Shown here piece by piece: positions 37,430 to 46,415 of a stretch of DNA of 64,000 nt. Under the pieces are notes generated by a model that searched no databases, was not told where the DNA came from, and worked only from the letters and a program-made list of their open reading frames with translations. Numbering within the stretch: the stretch's first letter is position 1; the number at the start of each line of letters is the position of its first letter. The translations under genes were made by a program, and so were the position numbers. Source of the DNA: Alphaproteobacteria bacterium. Its GTDB lineage: Bacteria > Pseudomonadota > Alphaproteobacteria > UBA11073. Location of the stretch: assembly GCA_013289145.1 (NCBI GenBank), contig JABDAM010000004.1, positions 20,635-84,634 of the forward strand, written 5' to 3'.

Positions 37430-38230
37430 TCAGGGCAGATAAATTGTACCGGACATATAGGTTTGCGCCTGACCACTGATCATGACGCGTTCGTCTTGCA
37501 ACAGACAGTGGAACTCACCGCCCCTTTTTGAGAGTTGCCGCGCGAAAAGTTTATTTTTCCCCAGGCGTTCCGCCCAATACGGCACCAGCATACTATGCGT
37601 GGAACCTGTTGCCGGGTCTTCTTCCACAGCGTCACCCGGCCAGAAAGACCGGCTGACAAAATCGCAATCCTTACCGGGTGCAGTAATACAAGTTGAGCGA
37701 CCAAGCTGGCCGAGGATTTTAAAATCCGGTTTGATGTTGATGATGTCATCCTGATTCGGGAACACAAACATATAATCACGTTTTAAATATGACTGTTGAG
37801 GTCGTGCGCCGCCTAACCCAGCGATAGCCGCATCTGGTATTTTATTGATTGCCTGTGGCGGCCATGATGGAAAATCAAGGGTCAGCCAGCCATCTTCTTT
37901 TTTAACTGTTAAATCTCCAGAAAAGCGCGTGGTAAAATGAACCTCATTTTTAGGATAAGATAGATGGTTAAAGATCACATGCGCCGATGCCAGGGTTGCA
38001 TGACCGCATAAATTAATCTCATCCAGAATGGTAAACCAACGTATTTCGAATCCGTCCGGCGTAGGAACAAAAAATGCAGTCTCGGATTGGTTATGCTCAA
38101 TAGTGATGACTTGCAGTATTTCATCAGGCAACCACGCTGGCAACGGACAAACCGCCGCCGGATTGCCGCCAAAAATCCGGTCGGTGAAGGCATCTACAAG
38201 ATAAACTGGGATAGAATTCATTGTCTGCAC
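37430..38230 (-). CDS. PhzF-family isomerase
   Basis: VDAFTDRIFGGNPAAV...SETAFF...IRWFT...E..LCGHATLA are classic PhzF/YddE motifs. Confidence 0.85.
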   Translation of the reverse strand: MQTMNSIPVYLVDAFTDRIFGGNPAAVCPLPAWLPDEILQVITIEHNQSETAFFVPTPDGFEIRWFTILDEINLCGHATLASAHVIFNHLSYPKNEVHFTTRFSGDLTVKKEDGWLTLDFPSWPPQAINKIPDAAIAGLGGARPQQSYLKRDYMFVFPNQDDIINIKPDFKILGQLGRSTCITAPGKDCDFVSRSFWPGDAVEEDPATGSTHSMLVPYWAERLGKNKLFARQLSKRGGEFHCLLQDERVMISGQAQTYMSGTIYLP

Positions 38231-38382
38231 CGTACAATGTTTTTGCTCGTCTTGCCATATCTATGATGGCCGAAGCAGGCATCGTTGCAGTGGTCATCTA
38301 GGAATTGTACACAGTTATTTTTTGATTACCTCCTCTTTTTGGCCCTGAATAATTTCCTCACACTTCACTACGCGCAGTTTCA

Positions 38383-39171
38383 TCATTCCAGTGGTGTGTA
38401 GTCCGTTTCCGATAACGGTTGATCGTTGCCAAGACGATATTGCAGAAAACGATTCATCACAGTCCACGTCTTTCTCAAAACATCCTGCCGTGTTGCCGAT
38501 GTGATATAAGCAGATGACCCATGGCGGGGTGCGCTTGAAGCACTTGTAATAACTTCCAAATATGGCCTAGATATTCGCAACGTATTACGCATTTTTTCCC
38601 ACGCTTGCTCTCGTTCAGTGTTATTTTTCTCATCTTTTCCCCATAACGCTTTGCGTAAAGCTTCAATTACGCGACCGCAATTTGTGAGACTGTTATTCCC
38701 GTAGCGGATTGCAGAAACCAGATCACGCAGTGCGAGCATTAGAGTCGGATTTGTAACCATGAGTTTCATAAGATCGATCATATTGACATGCACACGGCCA
38801 TCATCATCAGTTACCCTGCAAACGGTGGCTATGGCTGCGAGGTCTGGTGCTTTTCCTATTAGTAGATGCTCTGATCCATCAGGATATTCAGACTTGTCTA
38901 GGTGGAAGTGCAAAACCATTCCTGCTGAAAAAACAAACAAATCTATTATGGAACTAACCCAATCATATACATATTGAAGAACCCAACCTAGAATCTCTTC
39001 ATTCCAACGGTTGGTTTCACATGTGACGGTAATGATCGACTTTTTGATTGTTATTGTAGCCTTTAGGTCGATATCAACCTCGTCGATCCTATAGCCTATC
39101 TGCGGCTCAAACTCTAAGTCAAAGCTGTACCAAGGCGGTTCAACTTTCCCAAAAATTTTAAACGTAGCCAT
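38383..39171 (-). CDS. hypothetical protein
   Basis: 262-aa ORF downstream of, and co-oriented with, the NYN gene. No family recognised. Confidence 0.5.
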   Translation of the reverse strand: MATFKIFGKVEPPWYSFDLEFEPQIGYRIDEVDIDLKATITIKKSIITVTCETNRWNEEILGWVLQYVYDWVSSIIDLFVFSAGMVLHFHLDKSEYPDGSEHLLIGKAPDLAAIATVCRVTDDDGRVHVNMIDLMKLMVTNPTLMLALRDLVSAIRYGNNSLTNCGRVIEALRKALWGKDEKNNTEREQAWEKMRNTLRISRPYLEVITSASSAPRHGSSAYITSATRQDVLRKTWTVMNRFLQYRLGNDQPLSETDYTPLE

Positions 39172-39296
39172 ATTTACACCATACCGCTGAGATGATCATA
39201 CCGAACAGAATACAGTATCAGGGAAAGGTCAAGGGTTCGTTGACTCAGTGTGCATGGTTAAAATACTATAACGTTTAGCAAATGCAATGCGATAGC

Positions 39297-39956
39297 TTAA
39301 CGCCACTCCTGAGGGCGGGTTAAATTCGTTCCAGGTATGGTTTCCGGCAGCTGACTTTGTCCCAACAAACTTGGTGTTATGTGTTTGTGAAAATGCGCAT
39401 GTTGCGCTAATTGTTTTGATGCACGTGGTTTGCGACCCAGTTCGTTAGCTACATTGCGCCGTTCTGGTGTAAATAATCCGATGGATTTATTGGGATGATG
39501 TTTCCTTACCAGATGCATGGCCTGTGCTAAATCGCTATCGTTGGATACAATAACAGCACAATCATAATCATTTAGCCATGCGTCATTAAGAAAATGGACG
39601 GACAAATTAACGTCTGAACCTTTTTCTTCGGTTTTGATTACTTCGGCGTATTTTTGACCGGTAGTCGGCTTGGCCAGTGGCATCCTTACGGGATGGGTAA
39701 GGAAGTGCCCCAAATAAATCTCCATCTCAGGGATATAGGCTTTCAGCGCATCAAAGTATCTATCCTGTCGCTGTGGTTTGGATACGTCCTTTTCGGTGCC
39801 GCTAACTTTTGCGGTAAATAATTTGACTTTGTGAATTTGATTGGTATCTCTCAGGAGCAATTCAGACAATTTTTTAAGATCAAGCCATCTGTAGGGAGTA
39901 TCTTTCAAGCTGGCATAATACAAGTTGAAGCCATCTATGTAGATGTTTGTTCGCAT
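39297..39956 (-). CDS. NYN (PIN-like) domain protein
   Basis: MRTNIYIDGFNLYY...EKGSDVNL...CAVIVSNDSDL matches the acidic-residue pattern of NYN/LabA-type nucleases. Internal ATG of ORF 39297-40109. Confidence 0.7.
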   Translation of the reverse strand: MRTNIYIDGFNLYYASLKDTPYRWLDLKKLSELLLRDTNQIHKVKLFTAKVSGTEKDVSKPQRQDRYFDALKAYIPEMEIYLGHFLTHPVRMPLAKPTTGQKYAEVIKTEEKGSDVNLSVHFLNDAWLNDYDCAVIVSNDSDLAQAMHLVRKHHPNKSIGLFTPERRNVANELGRKPRASKQLAQHAHFHKHITPSLLGQSQLPETIPGTNLTRPQEWR

Positions 39957-40211
39957 TGGCGGTTCCCAGAAAAGGCAAAGGCCTCTTGCGAGGCCCTTGC
40001 GGCCTACGGTCGAAACCGTAGGGGTGATAGAACACAAGTATAACAGATATGATTCGGTAATTGCAAGAGGTGATTCGCGCGTCCTAATAACCGATGTGAT
40101 TTTGGCCAATTTTGGCCTAATTTCCTAAAACATGGCAGTTTTCTGTCAATTTTCTTGCTTTCTAGAAGGCCTGACGGTAGGTTTTAGCTAAGATTATCAA
40201 GGAAGTCGTAT

Positions 40212-41411
40212 ATGGCCGAGCAAATTACAAGCTATGTTCAGTTCAACTACGCGCCGGGTGTTCATGCGGACCCCGATCAAAGGGTTATGCCGGTTGAGAG
40301 CTGGGATGTTTCATCTCTTGAGATTCCCCCCAATGTTTATGGTTTCAGTTTTTATACGATTCAACGCATCATTTTCTCTGAATTAGAGAAGGCAGAGATT
40401 GATGATCCGTATATCGTTGGCCTTATACAAGGCTCATCCCAAAAACTTTTAGAGACTTCTCCGACCTATATTCTTGTTGCCGATGCAGCGGATATTGTTA
40501 TGCGCGCACAATTGGAAGCCGGTGCGAATGGCTTTGGCGCAACTGTTTTAGATCTTAACGAAGGCGGATATGACGGCGTAGCGCGAACCTGCTGTGGCAA
40601 TCTTAAGGGTTTTGGCGGCAGCTCTGGTAGCGATATGGTGATTATTACTGCGGATACACGGCAAATAGTCTGGTTGGCTCCGCGGCAAGATTCTATGGCA
40701 CTCTCATCCAGTCCAGTGGATGGGCACCAAGAGGGCGGGACAAGCCCTGATCCTGCGGCACAACAGCAAATATTGGATCACGCTGAGGTTAGTAATGTGT
40801 ATCATTTATTCACGAAATTATTGGAAGGTAACGCATCCACGGCCCTTTGGCGGAAAATCCTCTCTCAGTTTGAGATAGAGCATTTTGCCGACTGGTGTAT
40901 GTGGAATGAAGGCAATGCCCAACGCTTTTGTGATAATGAAAATGCTCGTGCGGCCATCACGCCTGCAATTGTGCAGGATATGATGGCAGCTCATGAATAT
41001 CGGCACATTCAACATTATCTCCCAATTATAGCCAGAAGAATTCCTGATACGATTACAGAAGATATTGTTGTACTCTATGGGGAGAAGTTTTCTGCTGGCG
41101 TCGGAATAAGGATTTTACCATCCATACATGATACATTTTCACTTGAGGAAGTAGCTCGATTTCCCGAAGCTGAAAGAATGGAGCTGTCCCAAAGAGTTAC
41201 TGTGCCTGCCGATAATCCAGCCAGAACATTTCTGAGTGTCGCAATCTGGCCGGGAATCAGGCCGACGCCCAGAATTATGAAAGCATGGCAGTTTACGGAG
41301 GCTGATTTCACAAGAATTAACGATGAAACCGTAAATTTCAGAACTATCCGGCCGCCAATAGAGGAAGCTAGCCGTGCATGTGGTGTGCTTACGGGCGCAT
41401 TGGGCCTATAA
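40212..41411 (+). CDS. hypothetical protein
   Basis: 399-aa ORF divergent from the NYN gene. No motif recognised. Confidence 0.5.
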   Translation: MAEQITSYVQFNYAPGVHADPDQRVMPVESWDVSSLEIPPNVYGFSFYTIQRIIFSELEKAEIDDPYIVGLIQGSSQKLLETSPTYILVADAADIVMRAQLEAGANGFGATVLDLNEGGYDGVARTCCGNLKGFGGSSGSDMVIITADTRQIVWLAPRQDSMALSSSPVDGHQEGGTSPDPAAQQQILDHAEVSNVYHLFTKLLEGNASTALWRKILSQFEIEHFADWCMWNEGNAQRFCDNENARAAITPAIVQDMMAAHEYRHIQHYLPIIARRIPDTITEDIVVLYGEKFSAGVGIRILPSIHDTFSLEEVARFPEAERMELSQRVTVPADNPARTFLSVAIWPGIRPTPRIMKAWQFTEADFTRINDETVNFRTIRPPIEEASRACGVLTGALGL

Positions 41412-41583
41412 AATTTCATTTTTATTCGTTCAAAAATGTGTTGTGGTCATTGTTGAGAATAACCTGGGAATCCCGAGTTCGAATGAGGTTTGCTCTGTAA
41501 ATTTTAGGGGGTACTTTCGGGGGTTCTTTATCTCGGCTCGTTTTGTATTATGCGTTATAAATCAATAAGTTGTGTAATTTTGT

Positions 41584-41603
41584 GAATCCTAGCACCCCAG
41601 CCA
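41584..41603 (+). repeat. attR core of Island 1
   Basis: GAATCCTAGCACCCCAGCCA is identical to the tRNA-Gln 3' end at 30120-30139. Confidence 0.85.
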
Positions 41604-41861
41604 TTTAGTCATATATTCCTATGATTTACTGAGAAAATCGCTAAATAAGCGGCAATTCCGCGGCAATACGCGCATCGTTATTTTTGCCAAACCACTGAGA
41701 ATGGAGAATATAACCTGAAATGGGGCATTTTTCTCAGTAGGCGATTTTCAGTTTGGCGAGACTCGCCATGAGAACAAGTTGTATAGGACTGCTTGCTGTA
41801 GGAGTCTTTTGCCAACTTTTCTCATTTAAAAAAGTAGGAAATGATCCGACTCTAATTCTTG

Positions 41862-42272
41862 TCACTTTGCCGCCGTAACCTCAATCGCACCCTTCATCAT
41901 CGGATGCATAGTGCAAAAGTAATGATAGGTTCCGGGCGTATCAAACGTCGTTGAGAAGCTGGCATCGCTATCCAGCGCGGCGGATTTGGCCTTGGTTTCA
42001 ATCACCATCACGCGGTGCGGCGTATCGTCTTTATTCGTCCAGGTGACTTTGGTGCCGACAGGGACGGAGATTTTTACCGGTGCAAAGGTGAAATTTGAAA
42101 TCGTAATGTCGGAAGTTTTAACAGCCTTGGCTGTATCGGGATTGCTGTCGGCAACCATCATCATATGCATGTTATGCGTTGGGGCAGGCTCGACCCGGCC
42201 GCTTTGGGCATAGGCCGAGCAAGCAGTGGTGAGGATACTCAGGGTGATGGCGAGGATGAATCTTTTTTTCAT
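41862..42272 (-). CDS. cupredoxin (plastocyanin/azurin-like blue copper protein)
   Basis: Signal peptide MKKRFILAITLSILTTACSAYA. Copper ligands in DDTPHRV and YHYFCTMHPMMKG. Confidence 0.8.
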   Translation of the reverse strand: MKKRFILAITLSILTTACSAYAQSGRVEPAPTHNMHMMMVADSNPDTAKAVKTSDITISNFTFAPVKISVPVGTKVTWTNKDDTPHRVMVIETKAKSAALDSDASFSTTFDTPGTYHYFCTMHPMMKGAIEVTAAK

Positions 42273-42283
42273 TTGTTTCTCCG

Positions 42284-43210
42284 TTAAGCAAGTGTTGCAT
42301 CGTTGATGAGCAATCTGGGTTGATTTGGCGTTACCGAAACCGTGGTCACGCCCAGATAATTCTTCAACTGTCCGGCAGGCACGACCATCGGGCCAGGTGC
42401 TGGCGCAGTGCCCGGTGCGGGTTGCGCAAACCCTGTTGCGCGTGCGGTATGGAAAGACACATTGCCCTCCACTTTTTGGAAAACCTGATGGATGTGACCG
42501 TTCAACACGGTGACCGAGCCAAAGCGTTTCAGATAGCTAAGTGCTTCGCCGCTATCTTGGGTACCCCAACCCCATTGTTCGTAAACTGTCCACAGCGGAA
42601 TATGCGCGAAGACCACAATCGGCGTTGATGCACTGAGCACCGACAAATCATTTTTTAGCCAATCCAGTTGCGCCTGGCCGAGATTACCCATGCCACCCGC
42701 TTTCAGGTCAACAACATTTACCAAACCAATAAAATGCACGCCATGGTCGTTAAAACTATACCAGCCTGCACCCTTGGTGCCTTTGCCATAGCGGTCCATG
42801 TAAAGTTTGCCGTTATCCTCATCCACCATGTCATGTTCGCCGGGCACGTAATGGGTTTCAAAACCGGACTCTCGGACCATTTGCGCGGCGGTATCAAACT
42901 GTTCGGCCTTGGACAAATGCGTGATGTCGCCTGTGTGGATTAAAAAAGATGGTTTCACGACGCTGTTTTTCAGGATGGCAAGGCCATCGCGGAAAGTGCC
43001 GCTGGAATCTGGATTTGCGGCCTTATCAAAACCAATATGGCTATCGCTGATTTGCGCGAAGGAAAAACTGCTGACGGCTGCGCCTGCGGAATCATCGCCC
43101 AATGCATCCATAGAAAATGCGGTCGGGATGCCTGCCACCAACGCCCAAACCACGCCCGGCCCCCATGCCATACATTCCATGACTTTGCGGCGGCTAACTT
43201 CCAAATCCAT
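42284..43210 (-). CDS. Tat-exported metallophosphoesterase
   Basis: Twin-arginine-like VSRRKVM followed by a hydrophobic stretch. Calcineurin-like motifs ISDSHIG, HTGDITH, GEHD, GHIH. Confidence 0.8.
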   Translation of the reverse strand: MDLEVSRRKVMECMAWGPGVVWALVAGIPTAFSMDALGDDSAGAAVSSFSFAQISDSHIGFDKAANPDSSGTFRDGLAILKNSVVKPSFLIHTGDITHLSKAEQFDTAAQMVRESGFETHYVPGEHDMVDEDNGKLYMDRYGKGTKGAGWYSFNDHGVHFIGLVNVVDLKAGGMGNLGQAQLDWLKNDLSVLSASTPIVVFAHIPLWTVYEQWGWGTQDSGEALSYLKRFGSVTVLNGHIHQVFQKVEGNVSFHTARATGFAQPAPGTAPAPGPMVVPAGQLKNYLGVTTVSVTPNQPRLLINDATLA

Positions 43211-43247
43211 AATGACTCCTGCGGGTTAGGTAGCGTTCAATAATCCC

Positions 43248-43276
43248 TTAACCACCGACCCTGTAGTTTTATTCCC
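43248..43276 (-). promoter_or_regulatory. ECF-type promoter candidate for the phosphoesterase-cupredoxin operon
   Basis: The minus strand reads GGGAATAA-N15-GGTTAA, the same architecture as the promoter upstream of the sigma gene. Confidence 0.5.
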
Positions 43277-43296
43277 AAGATTATTTTTCCCTTAGC

Positions 43297-43325
43297 GGGA
43301 ATAATTTATTTGCAGCCAGGGTTAA
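43297..43325 (+). promoter_or_regulatory. ECF-type autoregulatory promoter candidate
   Basis: GGGAATAA (43297-43304), a 15-nt spacer, then GGTTAA (43320-43325), ending 18 nt upstream of the GTG start of the sigma gene. Confidence 0.5.
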
Positions 43326-43343
43326 TCAAGATAATATCCCCGC

Positions 43344-43862
43344 GTGTCCCGCCCCCAAGCCGTTGCCCGATTTGAACACCTGTGTCTGCCGCATTTGGAT
43401 GCGGCATATAACTTGGCGCGTTGGCTGTGCCGCGATGACAGTGCCGCACAGGATATTGTGCAGGAAAGTTGTTTGCGTGCCTTCAAAGCAATGGGGCGGT
43501 TTGATGAACAGCATCCACGGGCATGGCTGCTGACGATTGTGCGTAATCAGTCGTATAACTGGCTGAAAAAATCAGCGCGGCAGGTGCGATTGGATGACTT
43601 AGAAGATGATACCCTGGTTGAATTGTCAGATGCCACCGATACGGCAATAGAAACGAAACAAGACATTGAAGCTGTTCGTGCCGCTATTGCTGAATTGCCG
43701 GAAGTTTTCAGAGAGGTAATCGTGTTGTGCGATATTGAGGGTTTGCCTTATGCTCAGATTGCCAAGATTATTTCTGCACCGATTGGCACAGTGATGTCGC
43801 GTCTGTCGCGTGGACGTGGCATGCTCAAAAAGATACTGGTGGGGACAAATCATGACCGTTGA
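43344..43862 (+). CDS. ECF-family RNA polymerase sigma factor
   Basis: Region 2 (AQDIVQESCLRAF...AWLLTIVRNQSYNWLKK) and region 4 (FREVIVLCDIEGLPYAQIAKIISAPIGTVMSRLSRGR). Confidence 0.9.
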   Translation: MSRPQAVARFEHLCLPHLDAAYNLARWLCRDDSAAQDIVQESCLRAFKAMGRFDEQHPRAWLLTIVRNQSYNWLKKSARQVRLDDLEDDTLVELSDATDTAIETKQDIEAVRAAIAELPEVFREVIVLCDIEGLPYAQIAKIISAPIGTVMSRLSRGRGMLKKILVGTNHDR

Positions 43863-44469
43863 TAAAACAGATATGACCCCAAAATACGCCGCTCTACGCC
43901 ATACCGCACCGCCGGAATTGCATGACCGCGTGATGGCTGCCGTCCGGCAAGAAGCATCCATGCCGCCCGTATTCATGATTTTCTATCGGCGTTTTGCACC
44001 CATGTTGGCGTCCTTTATTCTCGGCATCGCCCTAACATTCTATGTTCAAACCATCCCCGCCACTGACCGCGTGGCCAATGAAGTTGTTGCCAATCATGTA
44101 CGGTCATTGATGGCGCAGCATTTGACGGATGTGGTTTCGTCTGACCAGCACACGGTGAAGCCTTGGTTCAATGGCAAGATTGATTTTGCACCAACGGTGA
44201 AAGATTTTGCCTCGCAAGGATTTGCATTGCTTGGCGGGCGGCTGGATTACTTGGATAACCACACAGTTGCTGCGTTGTCATACCAACACGCCAAACACAT
44301 CATCAACGTCTTCATCGCGCCGGATGCAGGTGATGACACTGCGCTCAAACATCTCAGCCTGCGCGGCTATAACCTGATTTACACCCGCAAAAGTCACATG
44401 GCCTATTGGCTGGTGTCCGATCTGAACGCTCAGGACCTCCAGACTCTGACCGCACTAGTAGTGCAATAA
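43852..44469 (+). CDS. membrane anti-sigma factor
   Basis: The ATG overlaps the sigma gene by 11 nt. Single TM helix (FAPMLASFILGIALTFYV). The periplasmic block HTVKPWFNGKIDFAP.V.D....GF.L.GGRLDY is typical of partners of this ECF group. Confidence 0.7.
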   Translation: MTVDKTDMTPKYAALRHTAPPELHDRVMAAVRQEASMPPVFMIFYRRFAPMLASFILGIALTFYVQTIPATDRVANEVVANHVRSLMAQHLTDVVSSDQHTVKPWFNGKIDFAPTVKDFASQGFALLGGRLDYLDNHTVAALSYQHAKHIINVFIAPDAGDDTALKHLSLRGYNLIYTRKSHMAYWLVSDLNAQDLQTLTALVVQ

Positions 44470-45240
44470 GCCTGCCTTATTAGGCCCGTAAAGTTTCTCG
44501 CCCCAGAAAAGAGTCACTTTGCTAACTTTTCTCAGGTTTAAGATTTAGATAATAAAAGGACATTTAATAAAGCTAATGCAGCACAGAATTGCTCAGGAGA
44601 GGAAGGCGACTTGAAGGATTGGAAAAGCGAGATGAGCCATGATAAAGACCACTTCCCATCAGAAATTCATGTTAGAAAAACCTTCTTAAAAACATGCAGC
44701 GATCAAAAATTAAATACTCCCAATATCACACAAGTGTACAAATATAACGGGGAAATATTTAAAGATAAAAATAAGATGGATTAATAATTACCTAAATTCA
44801 TAAGAAATTATTTGACAAACGCAACTGGAGTGGCATATATTCCTACATGAGGAGAAAAATGAAAAAATCACAGGAAATAAGCCGTTTTACGCATCTTAGG
44901 GCGATTAATTTAGCCTATCCACCCTCGCGTTGGCTAAAAACTGCCTTGCCAACCATTAAGCATTTTACAACACCATTATAGCTAGCTGACCATATGGCAA
45001 ATGAAAAACCAGATCCATTGTTGCTGGCAAATGATAACGAGATTTCTTTTTCTTTGAAAAATTGTAACTGCCCAGCTGGGGCTGGGTTAAAATAAAACGC
45101 GCAAATACCCACCGCCGCGCGTGGTTTCAGAACTGCAATACAATTTAAAATTGTTTTTGACGGCTATTAAGCCGGTTTGGCGTGCGCCCCGGGGATTTTT
45201 ACGCCGCCTTTTTACCCCAGCTGGGCAATAATGATTAAAT

Positions 45241-45729
45241 TTATAGCCAAATCGCAATTTTCTTATCTAGAAAGTCATTTGCCACTAAATCGGTTTTTTG
45301 GGTCAAAAACGGCATCAATTTAAACCCTGAACTTCCTTTTTTACGTTCTAACCTAATACTGTGTTCCGCTAAAACTTGATCTATGAGTTCTATTAACTCA
45401 CCCAAATTTCCAAAGGGCGAAACAAAATATTCTAATAGCTGCCTATCACGAAGACTCAAACTTGTAGGCTTAATATTAAAACCAATGTAAGTTTTGAAAC
45501 TGTCCCTATCAAATGAATTTTCTAACGTTTCACTGAATGTCATTCCAAAAGCATATTTAAGGAAAGAAAGTTTCAAAAAGCCAATTTTTGTAATTTTATC
45601 AAAATCGCAAGCAATATTATCTATTAAATAATCATCCCATTGCAGAAATTTATCCGCAAAAATGAGGGCTTGAATTCCCGGCTGCACCCGTTTAAGTAGT
45701 AAGGGAATTAAATTAGCGGGAGAGTTCAT
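45241..45729 (-). CDS. hypothetical protein
   Basis: ORF 45241-45744. The MNSPANL start at 45729 shares a CATG with the divergent XRE gene start. No motif recognised. Confidence 0.4.
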   Translation of the reverse strand: MNSPANLIPLLLKRVQPGIQALIFADKFLQWDDYLIDNIACDFDKITKIGFLKLSFLKYAFGMTFSETLENSFDRDSFKTYIGFNIKPTSLSLRDRQLLEYFVSPFGNLGELIELIDQVLAEHSIRLERKKGSSGFKLMPFLTQKTDLVANDFLDKKIAIWL

Positions 45730-46174
45730 GTCTGGCGAGTCCATTCAGACTAAAGTAGTCCATCTTAGGTCAAATACCAAGCGTCGCGCAAGAAAAATTC
45801 CTGAAAAAGATAGGGAGTTAGATATTTTTGTCGGGAATCAAATAAAAAAAAGGCGCAAACAACTAAAAATGTCTCAAATTAGGTTAGGGAAGGCTCTTGA
45901 TGTTACATTTCAACAAATTCAGAAATATGAAACTGCTGGAAATAGGGTTTCTGCCAGTACATTATTATCTATAGCAGAATTTCTGGACGTACCCTTAACC
46001 TACTTTTTCCCCAACCAAATTGCTCGACAAGAGGATGGCACTAAGAAAATACAAGCCCGACTTAAAGCTGCAGTTGAAGCTATCGATGCTATCAAAGCTG
46101 AAAATAAGCAACAAATCATACTTTTAGAAGAAGTCAAAAATTGCTTGCTGAGCCTTTTCATTATAGAGAATTGA
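45728..46174 (+). CDS. XRE-family helix-turn-helix regulator
   Basis: VGNQIKKRRKQLKMSQIRLGKALDVTFQQIQKYETAGNRVSASTLLSIAEFLDV is a canonical HTH_XRE segment. Confidence 0.7.
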   Translation: MSGESIQTKVVHLRSNTKRRARKIPEKDRELDIFVGNQIKKRRKQLKMSQIRLGKALDVTFQQIQKYETAGNRVSASTLLSIAEFLDVPLTYFFPNQIARQEDGTKKIQARLKAAVEAIDAIKAENKQQIILLEEVKNCLLSLFIIEN

Positions 46175-46415
46175 TAGCTTTTTTTAATTTTTTCCTTGTT
46201 TTCTTAATATGATCCTCTTCTTCAAGGCTTATTGGTGGGTGAGTTTGTTTCTCGCTTAGGGTTGCGATTGCAATCTCCAGCATATGCGCCGTTGTGTGAA
46301 CCCCATTATCGCGCATATCGTCGATTAAATAACGCAAACACTTTTCATAAAGTGTCAAATGCTGGAGACTTGGCGAGTCTACCATTTTTATTCTGCCATT
46401 TTTTAACAAGATCAT
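46161..46415 (-). CDS. small hypothetical protein co-transcribed with luxI
   Basis: 84-aa ORF. Its ATG overlaps the luxI-type gene stop (ATGA at 46412-46415). Confidence 0.45.
   Translation of the reverse strand: MILLKNGRIKMVDSPSLQHLTLYEKCLRYLIDDMRDNGVHTTAHMLEIAIATLSEKQTHPPISLEEEDHIKKTRKKLKKAINSL

Noticed and set aside
44611-44784. A 57-codon TTG-initiated ORF (LKDWKSEMSHDKDHFPSEIHVRK...) and ORF 44915-45112 in the AT-rich gap after the anti-sigma gene.
   Set aside because: Short, with a non-ATG start, no RBS and no recognisable motif. In AT-rich DNA, ORFs of this length are expected by chance.
46161-46415. Identification of the luxI-coupled 84-aa ORF as a TraM or RsaL homologue.
   Set aside because: I can see no sequence resemblance to the TraM or RsaL sequences I recall. 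Only the positional analogy remains, and that is reported as a hypothesis.
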